A stretch of 64,000 nt of DNA, taken from the NCBI GenBank assembly GCA_963807945.1, contig CAWEDT010000006.1, positions 1 to 64,000 on the forward strand, in the 5' to 3' direction. The position numbers were made by a program, and so were the translations under genes. Origin of the DNA: an uncultured Actinomycetes bacterium. Lineage in GTDB: Bacteria; Actinomycetota; Acidimicrobiia; IMCC26256; PALSA-610. Positions 19,926 to 32,678 of the stretch are shown in pieces. Numbering within the stretch: the stretch's first letter is position 1; the number at the start of each line of letters is the position of its first letter. The notes beneath the pieces are model-generated. The model saw nothing but the letters and a program-made list of their open reading frames with translations, did not search any database and had not been told where the DNA came from.

Positions 19926-21091
19926 ATGAGCGATGCGCCGTTCTCCCGTCAGGTCACCGACGATCCCGCCGCCTTCGGACTCGACCCGGATCTGGTCGCC
20001 GATCTCATCGCCCGAGCGCAACGAGATATCGACGAAGGGCACGTGCCCTCGTGCCAGCTCGCATTCGCCGCGCAACGGAAAGCTCGCGATGTGGGTGACG
20101 CTCGGCGACGCGCGCGCCCGAGTCGCGCTACATCATCTTCTCGGCGACGAAACCCGTCGTCGCGTCGGCGGTGTGGATCCTGATGGGGGAAGGCGCGATC
20201 GACGTGACGAGTCGCGTCGCCGAGATCATCCCCGAGTTCGGCATCGAACGGGAAAGACGTGATCACCATCGAGCAGGTGATGCTGCACACGTCGGGTTTC
20301 CCGGGCGCACCGTTCGATCCGCTCGACTGGGACGACAAGGAGCGGCGGCTGGCGCGCTTCGCGAGCTGGCGCTGCAACTGGGAGCCGGGCACACGCTTCG
20401 AGTACCACGCGACGTCGGCGCACTGGGTGCTCGCCGAGTTGATCGAGCGCATCACCGGGTCGGACTTCCGAGATTTCGTCCGCACTCGCGTCATCGAGCC
20501 GCTCGGTCTAACGGGCCTGCAGCTCGGAGTGCCCGTCGCCGAGCAAGGCGACATCAACACGCTGGTCGCCACCGGTGCCCACGCCACGCCCGACGAGCTC
20601 GAGGCGGTGCTCGGTGATTCGCAAGCTGCCCGTGACCGAGGTGACGACCGAGGCGCTGCTTCGGTTCAACCAGCCCGACGTGTGCGCGGTCGGTGTACCG
20701 GGCGGCGGTGGCGTGGCGACCGCGGCCGACATGGCGCTCTTCTACCAGGCGCTGCTGCACGATCCGCTGGGCATGTGGAAGCCGGAGGTGCTCTCCGACG
20801 TTACTTCCACCGTGCGTAATTCGTTCCCCGACTTCATGGGCGTGCCCGCGAACCGAACGCGTGGACTCATCGTGAAGGGTGACGACGAACGCTCGGGTAT
20901 CGCGCGGCATGGGCCGCACCGTTTCCGCGCGTGCGTTCGGGCACAACGGTGCGGGCGGCCAGATCGCGTGGGGAGATCCGGAAACCGGTCTCTCGTTCTG
21001 TTATCTCACCAACGGCATCGACGAGCACGAGCTGCGCCAGTGGCGGCGCAGTGCCGCGATCGCGAATCGAGCCGGGAACTGTTTGCGATGA
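19926..21091 (+). CDS. Serine hydrolase, beta-lactamase/esterase (class C-like) family; >=3 frameshifts
   Basis: ...MLHTSGFPGAP...RFEYHATSAHWVLAELIERITG ... FGHNGAGGQIAWGDPETGLSFCYLTN. Confidence 0.6.
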
Positions 21092-21128
21092 CGTTCAGCT
21101 TTCTCGCCCCAAATCCGATGAAGGAACC

Positions 21129-21617
21129 ATGAAGCATCGCCCACTTCTGCTCATCGTCCCGTTGATCGCCGTGTTCCTGTTCCTCATGGCCGGTGCCGCG
21201 AACGCGGTTGGTGTGGTCAAGGTGAGCAACGCGTCGCCGACACCCGGCACCGCGATCACCGTCACGTCAACCGGCTGGTCCGCGGGGCAACGCGTCACCG
21301 TCGCGATCGGGCAAGCACAAGACACGCTCGCTCGAGTGGCGGCGAATGCCGACGGTGCGGTCCACGCTCGCGTCACCATTCCTGCCGACGTGACGCTCGA
21401 CATCAACGTGTTGTCGGTGACCGGAACCTCATCGACCGGAATTCCGCAAGTGATCGTGACGCCGCTGTCGGTTCACCGCCTGGGCAAGGCACCCGCGCCG
21501 ACGCGTCCGTGGGGAGTCGATCCTCGCGCTCGTGGGAATCGCCGGTGCGCTATTGATCGTCAGCGTGCTGTCGGCGAAGCCGGTCACCCGTCCGCAGCCC
21601 AAGCTGATCGCGCACTA
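21129..21617 (+). CDS. Hypothetical cell-surface protein with N-terminal signal peptide and C-terminal TM anchor; 1 frameshift about 21500
   Basis: MKHRPLLLIVPLIAVFLFLMAGAANA ... the alternate frame gives SILALVGIAGALLIVSVLSAKPVTRPQPKLIAH then stop. Confidence 0.5.
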
Positions 21618-22320
21618 GCCGAGCGGAGACCAGGCGGCGCTGCGCAGCAGCCGGCTCTCCCAATCGTCACGCACTTCCAGCGCGTCGTGCATCCAGGTGC
21701 CGGGGCCCTTCACGTGGGCGGGAAGCTCGCGGGTGAACAGCGCCGGGAGCCGTTCCGGGAAGTCGACCCGTTGCCAAAGCACGACCTCGCGTCGACGCGC
21801 CGAACCGAGCGCGGCTTGGAACACCCCGAGCAGCGTGAGCAACGACCGTGCGGTTCGCTCTTCCAAGCTCGGCGCGTAGTGCGTGCGCGCCTTGTCGAGG
21901 TACTGATCGAGTGAACCTTCGTGCGGCCACGCGCTCGTCTTCCATGTAGAGCACCGCGTCGTGCTCACGACCGTCGGTCGGCACGGTCGAGAGATCGAGG
22001 TCGGCCATCGGTGACCAGTCGACCGGGAGCAGCAGCTTGCCGTTCACCTCGTGGCGCAGGAGGTCGACGTCGGCGGCCCAGCTCCGCAGGTCGCCGCGTT
22101 GCACTCGCGTCGCGAGCCGCTCGTACGCGGCGCCGTCGCGCAGCGCAGTGATCGTGACCGTGTGGTACGCCCGACCGGTTCCGTGCGCGAGCCGCAGGAA
22201 GTAGAGGAGTCGGGCGTCGTCGTCGGCTCCGAGCTTCGGCATCCAGCCGTCGCGGAACGCGCCTTCGAACTCGTCTTCGTGTTTGCCGGCGACGGTATGG
22301 ACTTCGTGCAGGAGCAGCAA
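21615..22320 (-). CDS. Hypothetical protein; 1 frameshift about 21960
   Basis: TTG start candidate. ...HTVAGKHEDEFEGAFRDGWMPKLGADDDARLLYFLRLAHGTGRAYHTVTITALRDGAAYERL ... LEERTARSLLTLLGVFQAALG. Confidence 0.4.
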
Positions 22321-22333
22321 TGGAGCCTCGTTG

Positions 22334-24394
<2,061 letters not shown>

Positions 24395-24423
24395 GGTCTG
24401 GAGCTAGATCTGCGTGCACCGGG

Positions 24424-25840
24424 TCAAGATAGCGAGAGGAGCTCGTCGAACCCTTCCCGGATGCACTCGACCAACACGTCGGGGTCGGGAACCGCGGTGG
24501 TGTCGGTGACCAATCCGATGCAACACGTGTCGATGTGCGAGATGAGCGACACGTTCACCGCCGAGCCCGCCGGCGGCGCGAACGCGTACATGCGATCGAC
24601 ACGAGCGCCGCCCGCGTACACCTGCACCGGCGCGCCCGGGAACGTTGGTGGCGACGAAATCACAACACTTCAACATGCCGCCGAACAGCGCGGTGGTGGT
24701 CGTGGTCGGCAAGCGATTCAGCACCCCCGCGAGGGGTCCGGTCAGCTGGAGGAACGGCTCGGCGCGTTGTTGATCGCACGAGCGCGCCGGATGGCGCGCA
24801 CGCGTTCGCGCGGATCGGCGATCGTGACCGGGATCGCGAAGCGCGCGGGCGCGAAGTGGTTGCCCGCGGCGTCGTCACCTTCGCGCCGCAGATTGATCGG
24901 TAACGTCATGCGCAACGCGTCGGGACAGTCACCGTGGCGCTCGTGGTAGCGGTGCAAGCCACCAACTACCGACGCGACGAACACGTCGTTGACGCTGCCC
25001 TCGGTGGCCTTGCCCGCGCGCTTGATGTCGTCGAGGGAGAGATCGAAGAAGTCGAGGCGGCGCCCGAGCCCGCGCTCGCGCATGATCGGCGACATCGGCA
25101 TCGTTGCCGGCGCGAGCGCGCGGCCGACCGAGGCCAAGGTGCGAGCGATACCGAGCGCGCTGCCGATCGGATCGTGCACCATCGCCCACACGGCGTCACG
25201 CGCGGTGCCGGGCATCCGTCTGGGTGATCCCCGACATGCGCCGCGACGAGTGCGTGAGCGAGTCGCGAACCAGACTCACCCCGTCCATCGACTCCGGTCG
25301 CCGGGCTCGCGGGCGCGTCGCCGGTCGGCTCGACCGGCGTCGGCGGTGAGATCGACGAGGTGCGCGAGCAAAGCCATGCCCCCGACACCGTCGGTGACCG
25401 AGTGGTGCACCTTCATCGCGAACGCCGCGTTCTCGGTTCCGTCGGCGCCGACGAGACCTTCGATGAGCGTGAACTCCCACAACGGCCGGGCCCGATCGAA
25501 ACCCGCGGTTGCAATCGGTTGCAGCACGTTGAGCAGCGCGCGTTCCGTGCCGGGTTCGGGGAGCCGAATGCGGCGGAGGTGGAAGTCGATGTCGAACGTC
25601 TCCTCGACCGACCAGCGCGGCGGACCGAGCCGGAACGGCGGCGACTGCACGTGCTGCCGTAACCGCGGGATCGAGCACGTCGCCCGGTTGATCCGGTCGC
25701 GGAGACGACGCGAAGTCGGGTACCCCGTCGAAGATCGCGACGGCCACGATCGTCGACCGCAGGATCGGATCCTTCTCCACGTTCCACATGAGCGCGTCTT
25801 CATCGCTCATGTGCGTGGTGAATCGAGGACCCTCAGCCAT
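24424..25840 (-). CDS. Wax ester synthase/diacylglycerol acyltransferase (WS/DGAT); >=3 frameshifts
   Basis: N-terminal MSDEDALMWNVEKDPILRSTIVAVAIFDG. Active-site HHSVTDGVGGMALLAHL (HHxxxDG). C-terminal ...NVSLISHIDTCCIGLVTDTTAVPDPDVLVECI. Confidence 0.75.
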
Positions 25841-25866
25841 TCGTTCGAGCGTACTTCCGACTCCCT

Positions 25867-26644
25867 CAGCCCGAAACGGCGAATGTCACCGACACATTGA
25901 CGGAGAGCTGCTGCGATCCGGCCTCGATCGGGACCGCGGCCGCGCTGGCCTTGGCGACCTGGTCCGCTCCGAAGAACTGCGGGGGCGGGGTCTGGGTAGC
26001 GGTGTCGTCGATCTCGCGCACCGCGCCGAGCGTCATTCCGGCCGCGGCCGCGAGCTGGCGAGCGTGGGTGATCGCCTGCTTGACCGCGTTTTCCGCGCCT
26101 TGGCGATCAGCGAGCGCGAGCTGTCATCGCCGATGGACAACGTGATGCCGTTGAACGTGATCGCGTTGCCGACCGCGTTGGCCGCGGCGTCGATGATCAC
26201 GCCCGCGCCCTTCACGCCGTGCAGCGTGGCCGTTACCGAGTTGAACACGCTGTATCCGGTGATGTGGCCGTACTTGTCGTAGTTCGGATTGACCGACAGG
26301 TTGCTGGTCTGGATGTCTTTGGCTTGCACGCCGTGTTGCTTCAACGTGTCGATCAGCGCGGTTGCGCTCACGTTGTTGCTGTTCAACGCGTCGACGGCCG
26401 ACGCGCCGACGGTCTGCACGCCGAGCGAGAGCGTCACGGTGTCGGGAGTTCCCATGATCTGGCCGGTACCCGCGACGACGATCGTGGGCCCGTGATACGT
26501 GCCTTCGGAGCCGACCAGCTCGGCCTTCTGGTGCGCCGCCGGCTTGGCCGCGGGCTTGCTGCTCGATGAACAGCCCGCCGCGGTCACAATCGCCAGGCCG
26601 ATGATGGCCGCCGTGCCGAACTTGCCCAAATATCGAATGCGCAT
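25867..26644 (-). CDS. SIMPL/DUF541-domain lipoprotein; 1 frameshift about 26045
   Basis: MRIRYLGKFGTAAIIGLAIVTAAGCSSSS (lipobox) ... VTLSLGVQTVGASAVDALNSNNVSATALIDTLKQHGVQAKDIQTSNLSVNPNYD. Confidence 0.65.
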
Positions 26645-26719
26645 TGCGTCTCCCTTTGCCGGACCGTCGGTTGCTTCGACGCCGGGGCCGCCCCTCTGGT
26701 TCCCCGTTAGCGTGCCGAT

Positions 26720-27603
26720 GTGCGCAGTCGGTACGTGGTGGCCAATGGCGTTCGGCTCTGGTGCCTCGAGTCGGGTCCGCCCGAGGGGCCACTCGTGCTC
26801 CTGATGCACGGCTTTCCCGAGATCGCGTACTCGTGGCGCAACCAGATGGAGCCGCTCGGTGCGGCCGGCTTCCACGTGATCGCGCCCGACATGCCGGGTT
26901 ACGGCCGGTCCGACAAGCCCGACGTCACCTACGACTGCGAATGGATCAACGGGACGCTGATCGGTCTCGTCGACGCTCTGGGTCACGACCGGGTCGTGAT
27001 CGCGGGCCACGACTGGGGTGGTCTCCTCGTCTGGATCATGGCGCGTCAATACCCGAGCGCATCGCGGGGGTGATCGGTGTGAACACGCCGGATCTGCCCC
27101 GCTCACCGATGCCGCCGGTGCAGTTGCTCCGGAGCCGCAGCGCCGATCGTCCGTACTACCTCGAACAGTTCCAAGACCGCGGTGTTGCCGAGTGGGTCTT
27201 CTCGTGGGGCGGTCACGCGCATGACACGTTCGTCGACGTGATGTTCGGTGGTCCTGCGACCTTCGTCGCCGATGCGTTCCCGCCGGAAGTGCTCGCCGTG
27301 TACAAACGCGCGTTCAGTTCCGAAGGGTCGCTCACGCCGCCGCTCGAGTACTACCGCAACATGGATCGCAACTGGGAGCTGACCGCGCCGATCGCCGACC
27401 GCACGATCGATGTGCCGTGCCTCATGATCTGCGCCGACGGTGACCGCGTGCTCAAACCGAAGATGGCCGACGGCATGGAAGCGCGCGTCCCCAACCTCGA
27501 GAAGATCGTGATCGAGAACTGCGGGCACTGGACGCAACAGGAACGCCCTGGTGAAACCACGGCGGCGATGCTCTCGTATCTACAACGGCTCGACTCGTGG
27601 TGA
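26720..27603 (+). CDS. Alpha/beta hydrolase (epoxide-hydrolase/haloalkane-dehalogenase-like); 1 frameshift about 27060
   Basis: ...LLMHGFPEIAYSWRNQMEPLGAAGFHVIAPDMPGYGRSD ... VIAGHDWGGLLVW ... ENCGHWTQQERP. Confidence 0.75.
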
Positions 27604-27628
27604 GGCCCGGCCGTTACGATCCCGGCTC

Positions 27629-28489
27629 GTGAGCGAAGATCCGATCGAGACGTTCGGCGCGCTGTTCGAGCGTGACGGCGATCGCTACGTCCCGACTCCG
27701 CTCACGCGGGGCCGTGGGATCCGCGCGATGCACGGTGGCGCGCCGAGCGCGTTGTTCGCGCATGTGTGCGAGACACTTGATCCCGGTCCGGCCAACTTCG
27801 TCGCACGGATCACGGTCGAGCTTCTCCGGCCCGTGCCGCTGACGCCGCTGACGATGCGGGCGCGCACGATGCGTCCCGGTCGGAAGGTGCAGTGGCTCGA
27901 AGCGTCACTCTTCGACGGAGACGAGCGTGAAGTCGCGCACGCGACGGTGTTGCGACTGCGAACCGCTGCGGTCGACACGAGCGGTTCGGTCGGCATCGTT
28001 GCCGACGCGCCGCCCGGGCTCGCGGAAGCGGGCGACCCGCCCCCGTTCTTCGGTTCCGGCGACATCGGCTTCTGGAGTGCGAACGACGTGCGCATCGCCC
28101 GCGGGAATTGGATGGAGCCCGGTCCGGGAGTCGCGTGGTTGCGATTGCGGTGCCCGGTCGTCGCGGGCGAGGAATTGTCGCCGTGCGCGCGAGTTGCGGC
28201 TGCGGCCGACTTCGGGAGTGGAGTCGGCAATCCGTTGCGCTACACGCACGCGTCGGGCATCAACGCCGACATCACGATCTCGTTGCACCGCCATCCGGTG
28301 GGCGAGTGGATCTGCCTCGAGTCGGGTGCGTGGGTGCAGCCGCACGGCGTCGGGCTGGCCGAAACTCGACTCCACGACGAGCAGGGCCCGATCGGTCAGG
28401 CCGCGCAAACGTTGTTGGTCGAGTCGATCGACGTGCGTCCCGGCCCGGGAGCAAGTCGCGCCGAGCCGGGTAAGGAGTCGCGTCAGTAG
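27629..28489 (+). CDS. Acyl-CoA thioesterase-like protein (double hotdog)
   Basis: ...VPTPLTRGRGIRAMHGGAPSALFAHVCE ... a second half with ADITISLHRHPVGEWICLESGAW. Confidence 0.55.
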   Translation: MSEDPIETFGALFERDGDRYVPTPLTRGRGIRAMHGGAPSALFAHVCETLDPGPANFVARITVELLRPVPLTPLTMRARTMRPGRKVQWLEASLFDGDEREVAHATVLRLRTAAVDTSGSVGIVADAPPGLAEAGDPPPFFGSGDIGFWSANDVRIARGNWMEPGPGVAWLRLRCPVVAGEELSPCARVAAAADFGSGVGNPLRYTHASGINADITISLHRHPVGEWICLESGAWVQPHGVGLAETRLHDEQGPIGQAAQTLLVESIDVRPGPGASRAEPGKESRQ

Positions 28490-28495
28490 TCCCGA

Positions 28496-28996
28496 TCAGT
28501 AGTCGTCGTCGTCATCGACCGGGTTGCGGTCGACGTCGGCCGCGAGCAACTCGAACTCTCCGTTGCGGAACGTGAGCATCGCGGGTCGGCCCGCGAGCGG
28601 CGGCCGGAGGTCGCCACGGCTCATGTCGACGCGGACTGAGATCGTTCGCCGTCCGGCCGCGGTGAGCATCGTCACGCGATCCGACGTGTTCCACTTGAAC
28701 GCCGACGGCGGCAGCGTGAGCGATTGATACGTCGAGAACTTCTGTTGCTTACCGGCTCGGCGTTGCAGCGAGAGCTCGACCCGATCGGTGATGGGCTTGG
28801 TGAATCCGTCGGGGAGTTTGCCCTTGGTGAGCTCCTCCTTTACGAGCTCGCGCAACGGCGCGCCTTCGAACGCGTTCTCGCGGAGCGCCGCGGCGCGCGC
28901 GGCGTTGCTCACGCGGTTCACGCGCTCGAGCGTCGCCATGAGCATCTTGTGTTGCTCGGCGTCAGGGAGGAGTTCGACCTCGTCGACAGTTGCCAT
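28496..28996 (-). CDS. Hypothetical protein with IS200/IS605 TnpB N-terminal-like pattern (no RuvC or Zn-finger part); possible transposon-associated relic
   Basis: MATVDEVELLPDAEQHKMLMATLERVNRVSNAARAA... follows the TnpB N-terminal pattern (v-rLyP-x-aQ-x-L-x-tl-x-r-v-N). ...RRAGKQQKFSTYQSLTL...FKWNTSDRVTMLTAAGRRTISVRVD follows. The ORF ends after 166 aa with an acidic tail. Confidence 0.3.
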   Translation of the reverse strand: MATVDEVELLPDAEQHKMLMATLERVNRVSNAARAAALRENAFEGAPLRELVKEELTKGKLPDGFTKPITDRVELSLQRRAGKQQKFSTYQSLTLPPSAFKWNTSDRVTMLTAAGRRTISVRVDMSRGDLRPPLAGRPAMLTFRNGEFELLAADVDRNPVDDDDDY

Positions 28997-29040
28997 CGGG
29001 GCGGCATGGTATCGAGGGCATCGCCGCTACCGTTCCGGGA

Positions 29041-29743
29041 ATGGCCCGGGAACCCTGGCAATTCGACGAATCCGCCCACGCCGGTCCCGAACATCTCGAT
29101 GCGGAATACGTCGCCCGCTACGACCGCAAAGCGGGCACTGATCCATCGGAAGACGTACAGGCGCTCCGCGGACGCGGGTGTGAACGAAGGCAGTGTCGTG
29201 GTCGATCTCGGCGCGGGCACCGGAACCTTTGCCGTGGCGATGGCGCCCTGGTGTCGTGAAGTGGTCGCGGTCGACGTATCCGTTCCGATGCTCGATGCGA
29301 TCCGGCGCCGGTGTCGAGAGCTCGGCGTCGAGAACGTGCGCGTCGTCGAGGCCGGCTTCCTTTCGTACCACCACGTAGGTGCACCGGTCGCGGCCGTGTA
29401 TTCGCGTAACGCCTTGCACCACCTTCCCGATTTCTGGAAGGCGGTCGCGCTGGAACGGGTCGCAAACCTGCTCCCGCCGGGTGGCGTGTTGCGCGTTCGT
29501 GATCTCGTGTATTCGTTCGAACCGGCTGAGGCCGGCGCGGTCTTGGAACGTTGGTTCGCGGGTGCCACCGCGAACGGCGAAGTCGGCTGGACGCGAGCGG
29601 AGCTCGAGGAGCACGTCCGCACGGAGTACAGCCCGTACTCCTGGGCGCTGGAGTCGATACTCGAACACTGCGGCTTCGAGATCCGCGCCGCGGAGTACGC
29701 GCCGCCGCAGACCTACGCCGTGTACACCTGCGTCCTGCGCTGA
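29041..29743 (+). CDS. Class I SAM-dependent methyltransferase; 1 frameshift about 29165
   Basis: VVDLGAGTGTFAVAMAPWCREVVAVDVSVPMLDAIRRR (motif I GxGxG) ... LLPPGGVLRV. Confidence 0.7.
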
Positions 29744-29773
29744 CCGCTATCGCGGACAGCTACTATCCGTGTT

Positions 29774-30262
29774 GTGAAGCTGTCGGACGGAGTGGAATGG
29801 GGCGTGCACGTGTGCACGTTGCTCGCGGTGCTGCCGCCGGATTCCGCGCTCCCCGCGGCTCGACTCGCCGAGTACCACGGCGTCCCGTCGGCGTATCTGG
29901 CGAAGCACCTCCAGTCGCTCGCGGGCGCAGGTGTGCTCGAAACGGTCAAGGGTCCACGCGGCGGCTACCGGCTCGCCCGTCCGGCGGCGGAGATCACGGT
30001 GCTCGACGTGGTCGAGGCGATCGACGGGGAGGAGCCCGCGTTCCGGTGCACGGAGATCCGGCGCCGAGGCCCGACTGCAATGCCCGCCCGTGAGTACAAG
30101 AACGTGTGCGGCATCCAACGCGCGTTCACCCGCGCCGACGAAGCGTGGCGCAAGGAACTGGGAGCCACGACGATCGCGAGCCTCGTGATCGGCGTGATGC
30201 AGGAAGCGCCGAAAGCCGCGGTGGAGAAGGGCGCCCGCTGGCTCGGTGAGGCACTTCACTAA
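29774..30262 (+). CDS. Rrf2-family transcriptional regulator
   Basis: MKLSDGVEWGVHVCTLLAVLPPDSALPAARLAEYHGVPSAYLAKHLQSLAGAGVLETVKGPRGGYRLARP is the Rrf2 wHTH. Confidence 0.8.
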   Translation: MKLSDGVEWGVHVCTLLAVLPPDSALPAARLAEYHGVPSAYLAKHLQSLAGAGVLETVKGPRGGYRLARPAAEITVLDVVEAIDGEEPAFRCTEIRRRGPTAMPAREYKNVCGIQRAFTRADEAWRKELGATTIASLVIGVMQEAPKAAVEKGARWLGEALH

Positions 30263-30486
30263 CGAACCTGCGTGACTTGGCCGCGCATAGCGCGGTGAAC
30301 TCACGCCGGTTCGGGCCGGGCGGGCCTACTTGCCGGCGCGGGGGCGCTTTCCGTGGTTGGCCTTGTTGCGGCGGGCCTTCAACTTGCGCTTCTTGGTCTT
30401 CTTGCTCATCGATTCGGCCTCGCCGTCGGCATTTCGGTCATCGTGCGGAAGGGGGACAAGGTACCCGATCGGTAGCCTGCGCCCCG

Positions 30487-31510
30487 ATGGAGAACCTCGG
30501 ACTGGTCGGATTCACGGGGGCCGGCGCCAACCGCCTGTTCAGCGCCTTGACCGGGCTTCCGGCGCCCAGCGAGTACGAGGCCGCGGTCGGGATCTCCTCC
30601 GTTCCCGACGAGCGACTCACCCTCCTCGCCGAGATGTCGAAGTCGAAGAACGTGGTTGCCGCGGGCTTCGAGCTCGTCCACATCGCGCTGCCGTCGGGGC
30701 TCAAACCCGGTGAAGGACTCGGCGCGAAGGTGCTGGGCGCGGTGCGGAACTGCGACGCGATCCTCGTGGTGTTGCGGGCGTTCGACGAGAGCGGCGTCGA
30801 GTCGGACGCAGCCGGTGATCTCGATGCGCTCGAGCTCGAGTTCGTGATGGCGGATCTCGAGAGCGTCGAGCAGCGACTCAACCGCCAGCGCCGCGCCGCG
30901 AAGAGCGGCGACAAGGAGATCGCGGCCGAGGTCGGCGCGCTCGAACGCGCCCACGCCGCGCTGTCCGACGGCACCCCGCTGGCGCGCGCCACGCTCGAAC
31001 CGGGTGATCTGGCCAAGCTCGCACCGGTCTTCTGCCTGACGACCAAGCCGACGCTCGTGGTGTTGAACACGGGCGAGACGGTCGACGACAAAGCCGCGGG
31101 CACGATCGCCAACTCGATCGCGGTACCGATCGACATCGAAGCCGAGATCGCCGCGTGTGCTCCCGAAGACCGCGCCGACATGCGCGAGATGTACGGCGTC
31201 ACGGAGTCGGCGCTCGCCACCGTCGCGCAGGCGGCCTATCACCTGCTCGGCCGGCGGACGTTCCTCACGACCGGTGAAGACGAATCGCGCGCGTGGACGT
31301 TCCGAGCCGGTGCCAAAGCCCCCGAGTGTGCCGGCGTGATCCACAGCGATCTGCAGCGCGGGTTCATCCGGGCCGAGGTCATCGACTGGCGCGATCTGCT
31401 CGAGATCGGTTCGTGGTCGAAGGCGCGTGACGTCGGCAAGCTGCCGCGTCGAGGGCAAGGAATACGAAGTGCAAGACGGCGACGTGCTCGAGATCCGCTT
31501 CAACGTCTGA
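30487..31510 (+). CDS. YchF/OLA1-like GTPase-family protein with degenerate P-loop; 1 frameshift near the 3' end
   Basis: Colinear with YchF: ...GEGLGAKVL..., DLDALELEFVMADLESVEQRL, and a TGS-domain C-terminus ...GVIHSDLQRGFIRAEVIDW...VEGKEYEVQDGDVLEIRFNV. The G1 motif reads GFTGAGAN instead of GxPNVGKST. Confidence 0.6.
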
Positions 31511-31525
31511 CCATTTCGGAACACC

Positions 31526-31855
31526 ATGCCCTGGCTCGTACGCGGTGACGACGTGTTGGCAGCGGCCGAGGTAGCCGTTACCCGCAAGGTGCGCCGGAAA
31601 GGACTCCTGGGTCGCGACCACATTGACGGCGTGCTCGTGCTCCGCCCGTGCCGGCAGGTGCACACGTTCGGGATGCAGTTCCCGATCGACGTCGCGTTCT
31701 GTGATCGCTACGGCTTCGTGCTGCACATTTCGGAGTTGAAACCGGGACGCGTTTCGCGCTTCGTGTTCCACTCGTACTTCGCGATCGAAGCATCCGAGGG
31801 TGCGTTCGACCGCTGGCAGATCCACCTCGGCGACGTCGTCGAAGTGAAGGGCTAG
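31526..31855 (+). CDS. DUF192-domain protein
   Basis: ...LLGRDHIDGVLVLRPCRQVHTFGMQFPIDVAFCDRYGFVLHI is typical of DUF192. Confidence 0.65.
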   Translation: MPWLVRGDDVLAAAEVAVTRKVRRKGLLGRDHIDGVLVLRPCRQVHTFGMQFPIDVAFCDRYGFVLHISELKPGRVSRFVFHSYFAIEASEGAFDRWQIHLGDVVEVKG

Positions 31856-31940
31856 AACGCCTGACGGCGCGACGTTTGCCGCGGCCAATCGCCGGCGTTC
31901 GACAGGTCATGAACTCGCGACCTTGCATGAGAGACGCACT

Positions 31941-32660
31941 CTAGGAATTGTCCGACGGCACGCATCCTCGGCCGAAGTCACCGCGTTGCATCGCCGCGAT
32001 CTGCGCGTCACCACACGACGCAAGCGACGGATCATCGGCGCGACTCGGGAGCTCGCCCTGCTCGGCTGCCCAATGGATGGTCGCGACGAACCGTTTGCCC
32101 GCCGAGGAGGTGCCGATGAACGTGGTCGAGATCCGGCGGCCGAAGTCGGTCGCCGTTCCCGGATCGGCACGACCGTTGGCGTCGCTCGACCCGAAGAAGC
32201 GCCCGCCTTCGCTGTCGGCGATCGTCAGCTGCGACGCGGGCGCCAGTCCGAACGCCGTTTGGTTCATCCGGTCGCCTCGGACAGTCATGCACACTCGGGC
32301 GGGATCTCGGATCTCACACATGGGCGTAGCTCGAACTTGGAGAGCGGCGGAGGTCGTGTCGTCGATCACGCCTCGCGTGGCGAGTGGGCGCCGAAGCCGA
32401 ACGATGACGCGGTCGGCGCACTTGTTGGTGCCGCCGGTGTCCGTCGTCAGTTGCAAGTGAACCGTTTGCGATCCTTCACGAACCCGCACGGTCGGCTTGC
32501 CGTGGCAACTCGGCGCCGCGAAGGACAACGCTCGGTCGTCGGCACTGACCTCGACTCCGTGTTGACCACCGAACGCGATGGCGACCGGCTTGCGGTGAGA
32601 CACGCAGCCGCCCACCACCAACACTGCGAACACAACCCAAGCCGCGCGCCTGAGCGTCAT
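31941..32660 (-). CDS. Hypothetical lipoprotein
   Basis: MTLRRAAWVVFAVLVVGGCVSH is a signal peptide with lipobox. No recognised domain. Confidence 0.5.
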   Translation of the reverse strand: MTLRRAAWVVFAVLVVGGCVSHRKPVAIAFGGQHGVEVSADDRALSFAAPSCHGKPTVRVREGSQTVHLQLTTDTGGTNKCADRVIVRLRRPLATRGVIDDTTSAALQVRATPMCEIRDPARVCMTVRGDRMNQTAFGLAPASQLTIADSEGGRFFGSSDANGRADPGTATDFGRRISTTFIGTSSAGKRFVATIHWAAEQGELPSRADDPSLASCGDAQIAAMQRGDFGRGCVPSDNS

Positions 32661-32678
32661 CCTCAGAGCAACTCGTAG

